From Octopus sinensis (Eukaryota): a DNA stretch of 64,000 nt. Location: positions 10,974,001-11,038,000 of the forward strand of contig NC_043001.1 of assembly GCF_006345805.1 (NCBI RefSeq), in the 5' to 3' direction. Made by a program: the position numbers and the translations under genes. How positions within the stretch are numbered: the stretch's first letter is position 1; each line of letters begins with the position of its first letter. Positions 1 to 13,315 of this stretch are shown here, piece by piece. A model generated the notes under the pieces. The model saw nothing but the letters and a program-made list of their open reading frames with translations. It searched no databases and was not told the origin of the DNA.

Positions 1-442
1 TTTATACCTTGACACCCAGATTATGTTCCTCCACGCTGTTTATCTTAAATATTTCATCTCATGTGTTTGATCACATCTCTGTCCCTTCCCCTTTTCCATG
101 ACGTCACAGTGTGCATGCAAGCTTCTAATAACTCTACGATATACACCAAAGTTGATTCACACCAACTTCACCCATTCATAATACTTGCGTTCGAATGCAG
201 CGAAGAGTAAAAATCTCCGTGATTGAAGGAATATATGAAATCTATTTTACCAGATTATATCAGTGACAGAAGCTATACATAACATTTCACATAGAAATGC
301 TGCGTTGAATGTTACTGAATTAATCTATCTCACCATTCATTAACCATTTTTCAAAGAGCATCTTCAATATATTTCATTTTTGCCTTCTCATAACTTCAAA
401 TATTTTCTCTATCTTTGCGTTATATTCTTTACTGGTTTCAGT

Positions 443-838
443 GTGGAGGCGCAATGGCCTAGTGGTTAGGGCAGCGAACTCGCGGTGGTAGGATCGCGGT
501 TTCGATTCCCAGACCGGACGTTGTGAGTGTTTATTGAGCGAAAACACCTAAAGCTCCACGAGGCTCCGGCAGGGGATGGTGGTAATCCCTGCTGTACTCT
601 TTCACCACAACTTTCTCTCACTCTTACTTCCTGTTTCTGTTGTACCTGTATTTCAAAGGGCCAGCCTTGTCACTCTCTGTGTCACGCTGAATATCCCCGA
701 GAACTACGTTAAAGGTACACGTGTCTGTGGAGTGCTCAGCCACTTACACGTTAATTTCACGAGCAGGCTGTTCCGTTGATTCGAATCAACCGGAACCCTC
801 GTCGTCGTAACCGACGGAGTAAAATTAAAAAAGAAAAG
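443..838 (+). mobile_element. tRNA-derived SINE, family A (octopus OR-type likely), full length
   Basis: tRNA-like head GGAGGCGCAATGGCCTAGTGGTTAG (A box) and GGTTTCGATTCC (B box); A-rich tail 821-838; 12-bp target-site duplication ACTGGTTTCAGT at 431-442 and 839-850; four more copies in the window. Confidence 0.9.
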
Positions 839-1203
839 ACTGGTTTCAGTCATTAGACTACGGCCATTCTGGGAGCAGATTTTTAAGAGTCCTACTTATT
901 CTACCGGATTCTCTCACCGAACCGCTAAGTTAATTGAATTAATTAATTAAAAGTTAATTAAAATAAGTTGGTGTGTTTACGTCTCCGTAAATACACCAAC
1001 ACCGGGAACAAACAAAGACACACACACACATGTGTGTATGTGCATTTGTGCATGTAGGCTTCTTTCAGTTTCCGTCTACCAAAACCACGCAGAAGCCTGT
1101 GGTCGAACCAAGGTTATCGTAGAAGTCACTTATCGAAGTAGGACTGAACCGGAGATCATCTGGTTGGGAAGCAAGCTTCTGACCACACAGCCACGCTTGC
1201 ACC
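839..1203 (-). mobile_element. SINE family B copy (tail interrupted by the family A insertion)
   Basis: Diverged match to 14199-14602 in reverse; its tail continues at 431-442. Confidence 0.7.
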
Positions 1204-1204
1204 T

Positions 1205-1242
<38 letters not shown>

Positions 1243-1350
1243 TAATCTATCTCACCATTCATAACCGGTTTTCAAAGAGCATCTTCAACATATTTCATTT
1301 TCGCCTTTCTTCTCATAACTTCAAATATTTTCTCTGTGTTTTATCCATTA

Positions 1351-1760
1351 CTGGTTTCAGTCATTAGATTACGGTCATTCTGAGAGCACAGCCTTGGTCA
1401 AAAAAATCGACACAAGTACGCAGTTTTTTAAGGGTCCAAAATATTCTACCGGACTCTCTCATGAACCGCTAAGTTACGGAAACCTAAACACACAAACACC
1501 AGTTGTTAAAAGGAAGGTGGTGGGGAACAAAGACACACACACGTGTTTGTGTGTGCGTGTGCGTGTGTGTGTGTGCGTGTGTGTGCATGTGTGCATGTGG
1601 GATTCTTTCAGTTTCCGTCTACCAAATCCATGTACAAGGCTTTGCTCGAGCTGAGTCTATCGTAGAAGTCACTTGTCCAAGGTGCTCAGTAGTAGGACTG
1701 AACCGGAGACCTTTGTGGTTGGGAAGCAAGCTTCTGACTACCCAGCCACGCTTGCGCCTA
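1351..1760 (-). mobile_element. SINE family B copy (diverged)
   Basis: Reverse match to 14199-14602, including the internal (TG)n tract. Confidence 0.75.
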
Positions 1761-2793
1761 CACACACACACACATAGAAGCGCACACACACTTACACACA
1801 CATTTACATACACATATATGTACGCATGTGATTCTGTGCGCGCATGCGTATGAGGCTGTGGTGTGCGAATTGAGTGTGTATATATGAGCGTAAAGGAAAC
1901 AAAACGAATAGTGAAATCTAGAAATATCTAATTATCACCATCCTCATTATCATAATCACCATCAACATCATCATCATCATCATCATCATCATCTTCATCA
2001 TCAATGAGGATGGTAGTGTTCATTTTCCCAGTTGGTAAGGGATAAATGAGACTGCACTAATATGCATTTTCTCCTTCTATCGATCTTCTATAATATTGTC
2101 TGTGAGATGCAGCATCCCTGAGGTCCGACTTTGATGAATTCTTTCTCTCTGCAGTCCATCTTCTGCTCGCAGTAGTTTTCTTTCACTTATATCATCTCTT
2201 CATGCAATATATGTCCATAACAACGGATCACACAGGGTGCGACTTCCAAGAAATAACAGCCAAATTTCTCTCAATTAACTCTCGATTGTCTTAATAAAAG
2301 GAAGCACCGGTTGGATAATGTGTCCTTGGATACATTAAGCCACAAGTCGATGGGTTAATCATCACGGCCAAATAATATCTGGTTACCATTCTACTAAATC
2401 AGAAATAACAACCAACATACCCAAACCAATTCACTTCTTGTCAATGCGTAGGTTTGCCTCCTCTGGTGTTCTACTCTGCATACATTGGTCAAATTAGTGT
2501 TTAATTACTTTCCTACAATCTCCAAAAGAACTTATTGAACGTTGTAAACATATTAACGGGGGTGGAAAGGTTTTAATTTAAAGTATTAACCAATTAGATC
2601 TGGTCTCAGGCTAAAACAATTACAATCTCTTGTTTGTCACTTACCGAAGAAACCATCTTACAACGATATTTTACACTCTTAGAAGAACCAACCGAATCTC
2701 CCCCCAGTCATGCGCTGACGTTTTAAAAACGAAAGTGCACATGACATAATTCAAACCAAGAGGTTTTATGTTTAAGAAATTGTAAGAAATAAT

Positions 2794-3375
2794 CTTTTCT
2801 GCTCTAGGCACAAGGCTCGAAATTTTGGGGGAGGGAGCCAGTCGATTACATCGACCCCAGTGCGTAACTAGTACTTAATTTATCGACCCCGAAAGAATGA
2901 AAGGCAAAGTCGACCTCGGCGGAATTTGAACTCAGAGTGTAGCAACAGGCGAAATACCCATTTCTTTACTACCCACAAGGGGCTAAACACAGAGGGGACA
3001 AACAAGGACAGACAAACGGATTAAGTCGATTATATCGACCCCAGTGCGTAACTGGTACTTATTTAATCGACCCCGAAAGAATGAAAGGCAAAGTCGACCT
3101 CGGCGGAATTTGAACTCAGAGTGTAGCAACAGGCGAAATACCCATTTCTTTACTACCCACAAGGGGCTAAACACAGAGGGGACAAACAAGGACAGACAAA
3201 CGGATTAAGTCGATTATATCGACCCCAATGCGTAACTGGTACTTATTTAATCGACCCCGAAAGGATGAAAGGCAAAGTGGACCTCGGCGGAATTTGAACT
3301 CAGAGCGTAGCGGCAGACGAAATACAGTTACGCATTTCGCCCGGCGTGCTAACGTTTCTGCCAGATCTCCGCCTT
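2794..3375 (-). mobile_element. SINE family C (Deu/Nin-like core) tandem multimer
   Basis: Head at 3326-3375, junctions at 2957/2958 and 3141/3142 (184-bp period); core GCCTTTCATCCTTTCGGGGTCGAT...AAGTACCAG resembles the Deu/Nin SINE domain. Confidence 0.85.
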
Positions 3376-4241
3376 AATGAAAGAAATAGCCGTGGCCAGA
3401 ATAGCATTGATTATAAATTGATTATAAGTCTGTTCTATCTCATTAACCAAGACCAAAAAATGGCCACAAAAAGTCATTAGACACGCTTCTAACTTTCCTT
3501 TGTTTCATACAGTGAAAAAGAAACATTTTGCTTCTAACTAAACCAGCTGTTCTTAAGCTGGGTCCGACATCACTAATCTGAGAACGACTTTGATGAATTC
3601 TTTCTCTCTGCATTCCATCTTCTGCTCGCAGTAGTTTTCTTTCACTTATATCCTCTCTTCATATAATATATGTCCATAACAACGGATCAAATAGGGAACG
3701 ACTTCCTAGAAATAACAGCCACTTAAGATTGTCTTGTTAAAATTTATCTGCAATAAATTCCTTGTACTTCTACCATACACAAAATATTTTAATTATTCAT
3801 ACAATACTTAATCATAAGAATACGTTGATATTTCTTTTATATATAAAGCGAATGGCTATGGCGGTCCAGTGGAGTAAAGCAGGAATCAAAGAGATCCGTC
3901 TGCAAAAAATGGTTGGAAACCACTGAATTAAACTAACGTACCTCGTCCATTTCTTACTGTGGCTATTATACGTTCATTGTAAGAATCGATGAAGCCATTA
4001 TTAGGTCACATAAGATACAGAAGCTACCTTTTACTTGTAGCAAGTTATTTATGTGGTAGTATATAACATATAGCGATGGTGGGGTGGGGTGGGGAAACAG
4101 TGTCCGGGGAAATGAGTGGTGGTCTCTGTTGGCAGAAATTATACAAAGAAGTTTGTTAGTCTGAATAAATTTGTATTCCTTGTGGAATGAAAAAGAATCT
4201 GATCTTTCAGAACAAGGTCATTAAGCGTTTGTGTATGTGAC

Positions 4242-4276
<35 letters not shown>

Positions 4277-4875
4277 AAGAGAGAGAGAAAAAGAGAGAGA
4301 GAGGATGAGAGAGAGAGAGGGTGAGGGAGACATACAGAGACAAGTCGAAAATATGTTTCTCTTGCGCATGAAGGGATAACTTCTTGACATCAAAGTCCTC
4401 CTGCTTTTATTTGACATACAATCTGAAGAGTATTTGAGATTCATTTTAAGTATACTTCTCTATTAGCTGCTGTGTATCAAGTATATTTAATAGGCTTCTT
4501 CTTAGCCAACGTAACACAGATATTAACACAGATATCCCTGAACCGTTCGTCAAAACGTGGTTTGTTCTTAGCATACAATAGTGATATTTACGGCCTACAA
4601 AAGAGGCAATCCTCCTTCAGAATTGTTTATCGAATTACTTCTTAATTCTTCGGAAATTTAGATATTTTGATTCTGCTGCTAGCTTCACTATTTCAGTAGC
4701 TTCTCCGCAATGAGAATCGAACAATCAGTTTTCGATCTTGACAAGTACAGTTTTTTTTTATGATATCGAAGCGATTTTAAACCTTGTTCTAAACTACATG
4801 TGATAGTTCGTGGATAGAACATGTACGGAGAGATTATAGAGTGAGAACGGATGGAGGTTCATATTTTAAATATTA

Positions 4876-5267
4876 CTAGCAGTATCACCCGGCGTTGCTC
4901 GGGTTTGTAAGGGAAATAACTATATAAGCATTTTTAGAGATGTAAAGTATAATAGCCATCTTAATATTGCTAACCATAAGGGGGGGTGTTACTGTAGCTT
5001 TTTACGTTCTGAGATTTAATAATAAATTTTTAGAGAGTTACTTCCCTTATATATGCCAAAAATTCATTCAAAATGGGAAAAATTGATGGTAAATTTTTTT
5101 TTTAATCGTAGACTCATCGTAGACGCGCGCTAATACCCAGAAAGGCTCGATATGAATCACGACTATAAGATACCCGGTTTTGGTTAAACTGCACCGCAAA
5201 ATGTGGGAGTAGTTAGGAATCTAAATCGTAGAAGACAGACACACAACTTCACTTTTATATATAAAGA
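4876..5267 (-). mobile_element. Non-autonomous Helitron, family H1
   Basis: 5' TCTTTATATATAAAAG; 3' hairpin CCCGAGCAACGCCGGG then CTAG; sits between A and T with no TSD. Confidence 0.88.
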
Positions 5268-5385
5268 TAAGTAGGCGATAGCAATAGTTCTGAAGACAGA
5301 GCCCTAGTGAACATCTATTGTCCCTCTAAATATTTTGAAAACAAACACTCCTGTAAACAATATTTAGATATCTTTACAATGAGAT

Positions 5386-5640
5386 TCATAAATGAGGGGG
5401 TGCTGAAAGGTTCCTGGCTTAGGGCAAAAGGAAATACAGGACGAACAGTTAATTATGATTTTATTCAACATATTGACATCGGATTTACACAATTGTTGCA
5501 ACAGCCCTTCAGTTCTTCTGATGTCTGTAAAAGAACTTGGAAGATTGGGTCTCCAACCACGCCTTTTGCGACATCCTTAAAGCCACGGATGTTTCTTAAA
5601 ACAGACATAATAAGCAACCATCAGACTATAGTTTTTCATT
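5386..5640 (+). mobile_element. Mariner-type DNA transposon terminal fragment
   Basis: TGAGGGGGTGCTGAAAGGTTCCTGGCTT resembles mariner TIRs; no partner TIR or transposase seen. Confidence 0.45.
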
Positions 5641-5813
5641 TTTTTTTTCTTTTCCAAAACAGTTTTGAATAATATATTAAGAAAATGCAAGTCTGGGTGG
5701 TGAATTCTTTAATAATATATATAAAAAGTTTTAACGAACTTCTAAATGGCCGAAGGATTGAAATAATATACCAATAAAACTCTAATATATCCAGCCGATA
5801 TATATATGCAAAT

Positions 5814-5865
<52 letters not shown>

Positions 5866-5922
5866 ATATATATATATTATATATATATATATAATATATA
5901 CATACATATATATATATATGTA

Positions 5923-5989
<67 letters not shown>

Positions 5990-6012
5990 CATATATATAT
6001 ATGCAATATATA

Positions 6013-6045
<33 letters not shown>

Positions 6046-6158
6046 AATACATATATATATATGCAATATATATATATATATTATATATATATATGAATAT
6101 ATACATACATACATGTATGTATATACATACATGTACATATATATATATATATATGCAA

Positions 6159-6189
<31 letters not shown>

Positions 6190-6468
6190 ATAAATACATA
6201 TATATATATATATATTATATATATATATATATTATATATACGAATATATACATACATATATGAATATATACATACATACATGTATGTATATAAGTACGCA
6301 TATATGGGTACAGGACGTCATAAAACGTAAACAACATGAAATACGAAAATAAAGTTGGGTACGCAAAGAACGAGAGAAACAAATGGAAAACAAGACAAGT
6401 AGCATAAAGAAACGACCCTTCAACAGTTGTCGGCTGTCCTTCTACTCCTTATTTCGATCTATATATAT

Positions 6469-6660
6469 AGGACGAATTCATGAAAAAAACCACAAGACGA
6501 AAACAGGTGGTGTAGACATCAAACAAATGTATTAGTATAACGCTCGGGAAGTGAAAAAGTCTTTAACGTTTCGAGCCTACGCTCTTTTACAGAAAGGAAC
6601 ACAGAAAGAAACAAGGAGAGAGAAAAATGTGTGTAGTGGCTACCGATCTATTATGGCGAC
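6469..6660 (-). mobile_element. Dispersed repeat family F (Penelope pLTR-like)
   Basis: Four copies share GAGCGTAGGCTCGAAACGT and abut (TA)n. Confidence 0.65.
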
Positions 6661-6669
6661 TATATATAA

Positions 6670-6735
<66 letters not shown>

Positions 6736-6849
6736 GAAGAAAAGATATATTTTCGTGCTCACCTTTATAAATGATTTCTTTTCTAAAATGCAATAAGTCT
6801 AGAGGAGACGTTAGTATGTTTTCACATGTAGGCAGTCATCACAATCTAA

Positions 6850-7250
6850 ATCTTCCAGAACATGGGTTGGCAAATTCGACAGCATTTTAAAACTGATATT
6901 AGCTTGCTTCTACTTTCTGTTTCCAGATGTGCTGTGTGCAGTTAATTATTCTAGGAAGCATGAAGATATGAGCTACGAAGAGTCTTACTAGTGCTGTTTC
7001 ATGATATCAATCATGTAATAACAAATTAAATCTCCACGTGGATCCTCGGAGGAAATGGAATGCATCTGATCTGATACTTGCTAGTATTATTAATATTATC
7101 ATTAATAGCTGAATACCTGACGGCACTTTTATCATTGAGGTATGCTCATCTCAGTAAATTAATAATCTGATGTTGACGAGCTGTTGGGAATTTTTCATGA
7201 AAATATATTCCCAAACAATCAACCCCCACTCAAGAACTCGACAATGATAC
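6850..7250 (-). mobile_element. Possible highly degenerate CR1/L2-type reverse transcriptase fragment
   Basis: Stop-riddled minus-strand translation with faint similarity to the PQG...YADD region (SIPQ; SAINDNINN); weak. Confidence 0.3.
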
Positions 7251-7569
7251 GTATATTACCCTCAACAATTCATCGCTTTATTGATAAAATAACAGTTATT
7301 ATTCTTTTTATTGGTTCGTCATGATTGTCAAGTGGAATTATCATCTAGGCAAGAAATGCTTGTAAGCAGTTGCCATATAACAGCCAGACCGCGTAACTCT
7401 TATATGGCAGCTCCATATTCGTTTGTATATGAAATTGGAAACACAATCTCACACTGGTTTCGTTCGGACGTTTGCAAAGTATTTGCAGTAAGATCTCAGT
7501 TTGCGGTGTTTAAATTGGACGTAGTCGGAACATCGTTTCATCACGAGCCAATAAAAGCATACTCTCGAA

Positions 7570-7778
7570 CCAGCTGGCAGAATTGTTAGCATGCCGAGCA
7601 AAATGATCAACGGCATTTCGTCTGTCTTTATGTTCTGAGTTCAAATTCCACCGAGGTCGACTTCGCTTTTCATCCTTTCGGAATCGATAAAATAAGTACC
7701 GGTGAAGCACTGGGGGTCAATGTAATCGACTAGGGTCCTTCCCCAAAATTTCAGGCCTTGTTCCTTTAGTACAAAGGA
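7570..7778 (+). mobile_element. SINE family C monomer
   Basis: Head GCTGGCAGAATTGTTAGC, B-box-like GAGTTCAAATTCC, Deu/Nin-like core; ends at a (TTA)n tract. Confidence 0.75.
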
Positions 7779-7839
7779 TTATTATTATTATTACTATTAC
7801 TATTATTACTATTATTATTATTATTACTATTACTATTAC

Positions 7840-7890
<51 letters not shown>

Positions 7891-7934
7891 CATCATCATC
7901 ATCATTAGTATTATTATCTCATACACACAACTGA

Positions 7935-9500
7935 CACTGTGCAGCAAATTTCAGGTTCCCAAAAAGTACAAGTTAAGTAAGACTTGTTTCAGGGTCAAAT
8001 AATTGTCCTGATTCTGATTCTGACCTTTCTTTCTCCAGATTAGGCACCGTTTTCCTCTACCATGAACCCTATGTTTTATAATATACTGCATAATGTTGCG
8101 TATTGAACACAACATTGCAAATACTGAAAGTTACAAAAAACAAAACGAAAATTTAGTTGATATAACAAAACATATATTGGTTATGAATTAAAAACACACC
8201 TGTCAGTTTAAGCGAATTTCGACCTTCTAAGACTCTTGTGAGGAGTGTGCTCTTCTTTGTTTATACCCCTGCAGTAGTCTGACAACATGCCAGGTTTCCA
8301 CTTTCCTTTGAATTGTCGCTCCATCACTGAAATATCCTGATGGAATCTTTCGCCATGTTCATCCCTCACATCACCAAGATTTTCCGCAAAAAAATCCAAA
8401 TGAGAGTGAAGCACATGAACATTTAGAGACATGTTACATCCCATATCATGGTAATGACTCAGCAGATCATTCACAACTTACACATAGTCTTATGAACGAT
8501 GGTTGCTCAGGAAGTTATCGCAAACTTTCTTGAATGACTCAAAGGCAAGCTTCTCTTTACTCTTGAGATGTGTGATGAAGGTTTCATCAAGTACAATTTT
8601 TCGAATTTGGGGCCCTATGAAGAAACCTTCTTTAATTTTAGCTTGACTCAGGGAAGGGAACTTTTCTGCAAGATATGCAAATGCATAGGATTCCTTGTCC
8701 AAGGCTTTCACAAATTGCTTAAACTAAGTTTAATATGCAAAGGTGGTAAAAAAATTATCACTTTCCACAAGTTGTTTGTGCATGATGTTGTGTTTTCCTT
8801 GCTCAATTCCATCTTGGATCGGCCAGTCCTTGCTTACATAATGTTCAGCTCTTGCTCTGGAATTCCATAAGCATACGATGCAGCAAAATGTAGTATAGCC
8901 AAGCTGAAGGCCAGTAAGCATGGCCACAACCTTAAAATCTGCACAAATATGCCAGATATGGCCATCATACTGTATGCTTGTGAAAATTGCTTTCAGATTT
9001 TCATATGATTCTTTCATGGTTGTGCTATAAGCTATGGGAACAGAAAGCAGAGTGCTACCATTGTGTAGCAGAACAGCGTTGATGCTGTCCTTCGATGCAT
9101 CTATGAAAAGTCGCCGGTTGGTTTTATCATATGGTATTTCCAGTTGCTCAAAAAGTTCAGTGATGTCATTACAAATGCATAAGTCATCTTTCATGGCGAA
9201 TAATGCAAGCAGATCCTCTGTACGTTTTCTGTACAGTGTTATCTTCACACATTTCTCAAGGAGATTACGTTCTTGGAGGATTTCAGACACAAATCATACT
9301 TCCTCATCGATACTTCCCCAATCGACATAAATGTGTCGGTCAAGACCTTCCAAAAACTGAACAAATGTAAACATCTTGAAATAGAGTTTGGTAAAAAGGG
9401 GAACCTCAAGACTAGAACAGTACCTGTTGCCATAGGCCCCTAAGGGATGATAGCAAAAGTGGATGATTGTTCCTTGTCTCAGATACCAGGAAATCAAAAG
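7935..9500 (-). mobile_element. Decayed Chapaev/CMC-superfamily DNA transposon (3' TIR plus transposase core)
   Basis: Terminus CACTGTGCAGCAAATT at 7935; transposase fragments in three frames; no second TIR found. Confidence 0.75.
8208..9433 (-). pseudogene. Chapaev-like DDE transposase, frameshifted
   Basis: RLFIDASK (D), ICADFK (D), CCIVCLW (C2C motif), KIKEGFFIGPQIRK, HVLHSHLDFF (H-x-H motif), DEHGERFHQDI (E); split over ORFs 8730-9290, 8490-8711 and 8208-8474. Confidence 0.8.
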
Positions 9501-9867
9501 TGGAAGAAATGAAAACAATAGGGAATTGCTCATATCTTAAGAAAAAATATTGTTTATGTAAATTCAAAAAAACATTTTAATCTGTGAACATAATCAAAAG
9601 TTCTTTTAAATGTACATAAGTAACACCTTTTATTGTCATCTTAAGATTACACTATCGTCTTATGATCAAATCACTTTTAAAACAAACTTGTCAGTTTCTT
9701 ATGTTTTAACAGACATTCTCTACAACAATTGTGTAAAAGCGAAAATATGGCACCCTAGTCATAGCACCAAATTGAACTCCTCCCGGTGAAACTTGGAGAT
9801 AACTTTTAAAAATACAAAGCCAAAATTAAAGTATAATAATAATAGCAATAATAATAATAATAATAAT

Positions 9868-9934
<67 letters not shown>

Positions 9935-9957
9935 TTAACAACAACAACAACAACAAC

Positions 9958-10026
<69 letters not shown>

Positions 10027-10030
<4 letters not shown>

Positions 10031-10441
10031 CTCTGCTGCAGTACCAGGCAGTGGCTCACGTGGTTTCTGATCTTAACTGATTGGAAGTGTTATCATGTAC
10101 ATTGTTTTGTCTTGGTGTAAAAGATGGGCAACAGCAAATATTCTGCTCAATACCACAGATTTGCTTGTTAGTTGTTTGACTTTGACCAGTTGAGCATGTC
10201 CCTTAGTGACTGAAGATATGTGCATCTCTGATCACGAGCAGACGTAGTGGGGGAGCATCATAGCCAGGTGTTGAAAGGGATTCTTAGGGGTTGGAATAAT
10301 TCACCTTTGCAAACATGAGTGTTTCGTTCAACATCCTTAAACAACCGTTATTCAGGGATGGGTTACTCGACCAGAAGAAAATTATGACTGGGCCCCACCT
10401 GCAAGGTCATGTGCTGTTTATCTTGATATGAGATCACCATG
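10027..10441 (+). mobile_element. Family E (TAA-associated element), 3'-truncated
   Basis: Starts AATGCTCTGCTGCAGTACCAGGCAGTGG right after (AAT)n; collinear with 63514-63940. Confidence 0.8.
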
Positions 10442-10551
10442 CTGCGGCTTTTGTGCAAATACGAAAGTAGCAAAAAATTACATTCTATTGTCAAGGAAGT
10501 TTGCAAATTCGCCAGGCAACTTGGCATTAACCCTGAATTAGATAAAGATGT

Positions 10552-10654
<103 letters not shown>

Positions 10655-10669
10655 GTTATGTATGTTTGT

Positions 10670-10882
10670 GCGTTAGTGTGTCTGTGTTTGTCCCACTAAC
10701 ATCTCTTGACAACCGATGCTGGTGTGTTTACGTCTCCGTAACTTAGCCTTTCGGCAAAAGATACCAACGATAGAATAAGTAACTAGGCTTACAAAGAATA
10801 TAAGCTCCTGGGTTGATATGCTCGACTAAAGGCGGTGCTCCAGCATGGCTGAAGTCAAATGACTGAAACAAGCAAAAGAATA
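10670..10882 (+). mobile_element. SINE family B, 3' half
   Basis: Matches the 3' half of 14199-14602; a similar 3' half lies at ~42950-43160. Confidence 0.7.
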
Positions 10883-11001
10883 TTTATGCAACATACCCGC
10901 ACACACCTACACACACACACACACACTCATAGACAGAAACAGAAATCAAATGTAAATCTATTTTTTGCCTTCTCTCTATAATGTACAAACGTTCTTCTCA
11001 T

Positions 11002-11076
<75 letters not shown>

Positions 11077-11639
11077 AAAGCTATAACTAACTGAAGGATT
11101 ACAAAGCATCACTTCTCAGAAACCGACAAACCTGTGGTTGATAAGCTAACCAAGAGTTTATTAAAGATTCCGATCACAGACAAGGCATTGATAGCAACCA
11201 GATCAATCATTGCGCTGTGTATCTTCGGCTTGAAGACTTTTTTCATCCATGGGTAACCTTCAACTGACAACCCATTTTTGATTATAAATCTCCTTTCAGA
11301 TCAGAGTGGACTAAAACAAAGCCAAAAATAAATTGATAACAATAAGAAATGCGAAGAAAAAAAACCAAAAAAAAAAAAACAAGGAGAAGAGAAAAAAAAA
11401 CGGAGAAAGAATAAAATAGAAATAAAATAAAAATAAATTAAAGATATAGCAATAAGGAAATATAAGAATGTGAAGCAAAAATGAAGGAACGGGAAGAAAA
11501 TGTATAAGAAAAGTAAGGAAGGAAGGAAGGATAACCAAGAGAATAGTATGAAGAACAATAATATTACAATGAATGATAAATGCATGAGAGAGGAAACATA
11601 AATAAAAAAATATAGGGCAACATGTATTGGACATAAAAT

Positions 11640-12154
11640 AGCAACGACGACGACGACGATGATGATGATGATGATGATAAATATATAAATAGTAATAATA
11701 TTAATAATAATAATAATGATGATGATGATAATGATAATAATAATAACAGCAACAACAATAATAATAATATTAATAGTAATAATAATAATAATAATAATAA
11801 TGATGATGATGATGATGATGATGATGTTGACGATGATGATGATGATGATAATAATGATGGTAATATTAATGAGAATAATAATAACAACAACAATAATAAC
11901 AATATTAATAGTAATAATATAATAATAATAATAATGATGATGATGATGATGATGATGTTGACGATGATGATGATGATGATAATAATGATGGTAATATTAA
12001 TGAGAATAATAATAACAACAACAATAATAACAATATTAATAGTAATAATAATAATAATAATAATAACAATAATAATGATGATGGTGATGATGATGATGAT
12101 GATAATAATAATAATGATAATAATAATAATGATACTACTACTACTACTACTACT

Positions 12155-12206
<52 letters not shown>

Positions 12207-12245
12207 CAACAACAATAATAAGAAGAAGAAGAAGAAGAAGAAGAA
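11640..12245. repeat. Compound AAT/GAT/AAC/GAA triplet array with a 130-bp internal duplication
   Basis: Block at ~11820-11940 repeated at ~11950-12070. Confidence 0.9.
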
Positions 12246-13315
12246 CGTAGATCTGGAACCATCAATAACAGAAAAATATTTTATGTATCAATGTTTGCAT
12301 ATGCGTGTGCATATGCGTGTGCATATGTGCGTGTGTGTGTGTGTATGTATACACATTTATGTATGTATACACATTTATGTATGTATACACATTTATGTAT
12401 GTATACATATATATTCAAGTAAGCATATATATACATACACATGTATATATATGACTCTCTCTCTATGTGTGTGTGTGTTTGTGTATGTATATGCATATAT
12501 TTATATATATATACATATGTATATATATGTGTGTGTGTGTACGTATATATGTATATATGTATGTATTCATTTATACGCACACACACATATACCTATACAT
12601 ACTTATGCGTGATAAAGAAATCCTCATCGAAAATGTCAATGTCTTTCGCTGACTTATAATTTTTGTTGCTCGTATGTTTTCACATTCTCTGAATGTCTTT
12701 AGTTATCTCTCCCCACCTCTTTCTCTTTTCTCTCTCTGTCTGGATAATATGCGTATATATTTGTGTGTGTATGTGTGTGTGTGAGTATTATGTATGTATC
12801 TATTATGTGTGTGCACATATAAACATATAAATATCGATATATATATATATACATATATAAAATACATACTTCAGAAATATGATTGAAGAATAAAGTTTGA
12901 ATTTTTTTGTTTACAGACGTTTCAGTAGAAATTTCCGGTTGTTTACGTCAAATCTTATACAATGCGTCATCGAAGCTTCGTCAGGAATTTTATTATGAGA
13001 AACACCGATGATTTGGTGATAAAACATTCATTAAGGTTTTCGTGCCTAATCAGTTTCTAAAGTTTTGTAAGTTTCTAATATGTAATTATTTTAAGTCACC
13101 AGTCTTCTTTTATTTTTGTACATTTGCATTATCAGCTTCTTAGTGAATGAGAACTGTACCAAGAAATTTCAATGAGATAAAACGAATTCTCTACAGATGA
13201 TTTTCCTGTATAGTGTAATGGAACGTATGGAATTCTGACAACATGCTTTTGGCAGTCGTGTATCTAGTACGATAGTATATATTTAGTAGCAGATATATAT
13301 ATATATATATCGGGT

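Noticed and set aside
443-520. tRNA genes at SINE heads (also 13560-13634, 14199-14270, 52910-52986 and others)
   Set aside because: They have A and B boxes but no complete cloverleaf or acceptor stem, and each continues into a multi-copy SINE body
6928-6992. Apparent terminal exon DVLCAVNYSRKHEDMSYEESY* after a good acceptor
   Set aside because: Lies within what looks like a degenerate antisense LINE RT fragment and has no upstream partner exon
12917-13208. Acceptor at 12916, GTAAGT donor at 13067 and short intron to 13135
   Set aside because: All three frames of the first segment contain stops; at most a non-coding exon pair, which cannot be supported without RNA data
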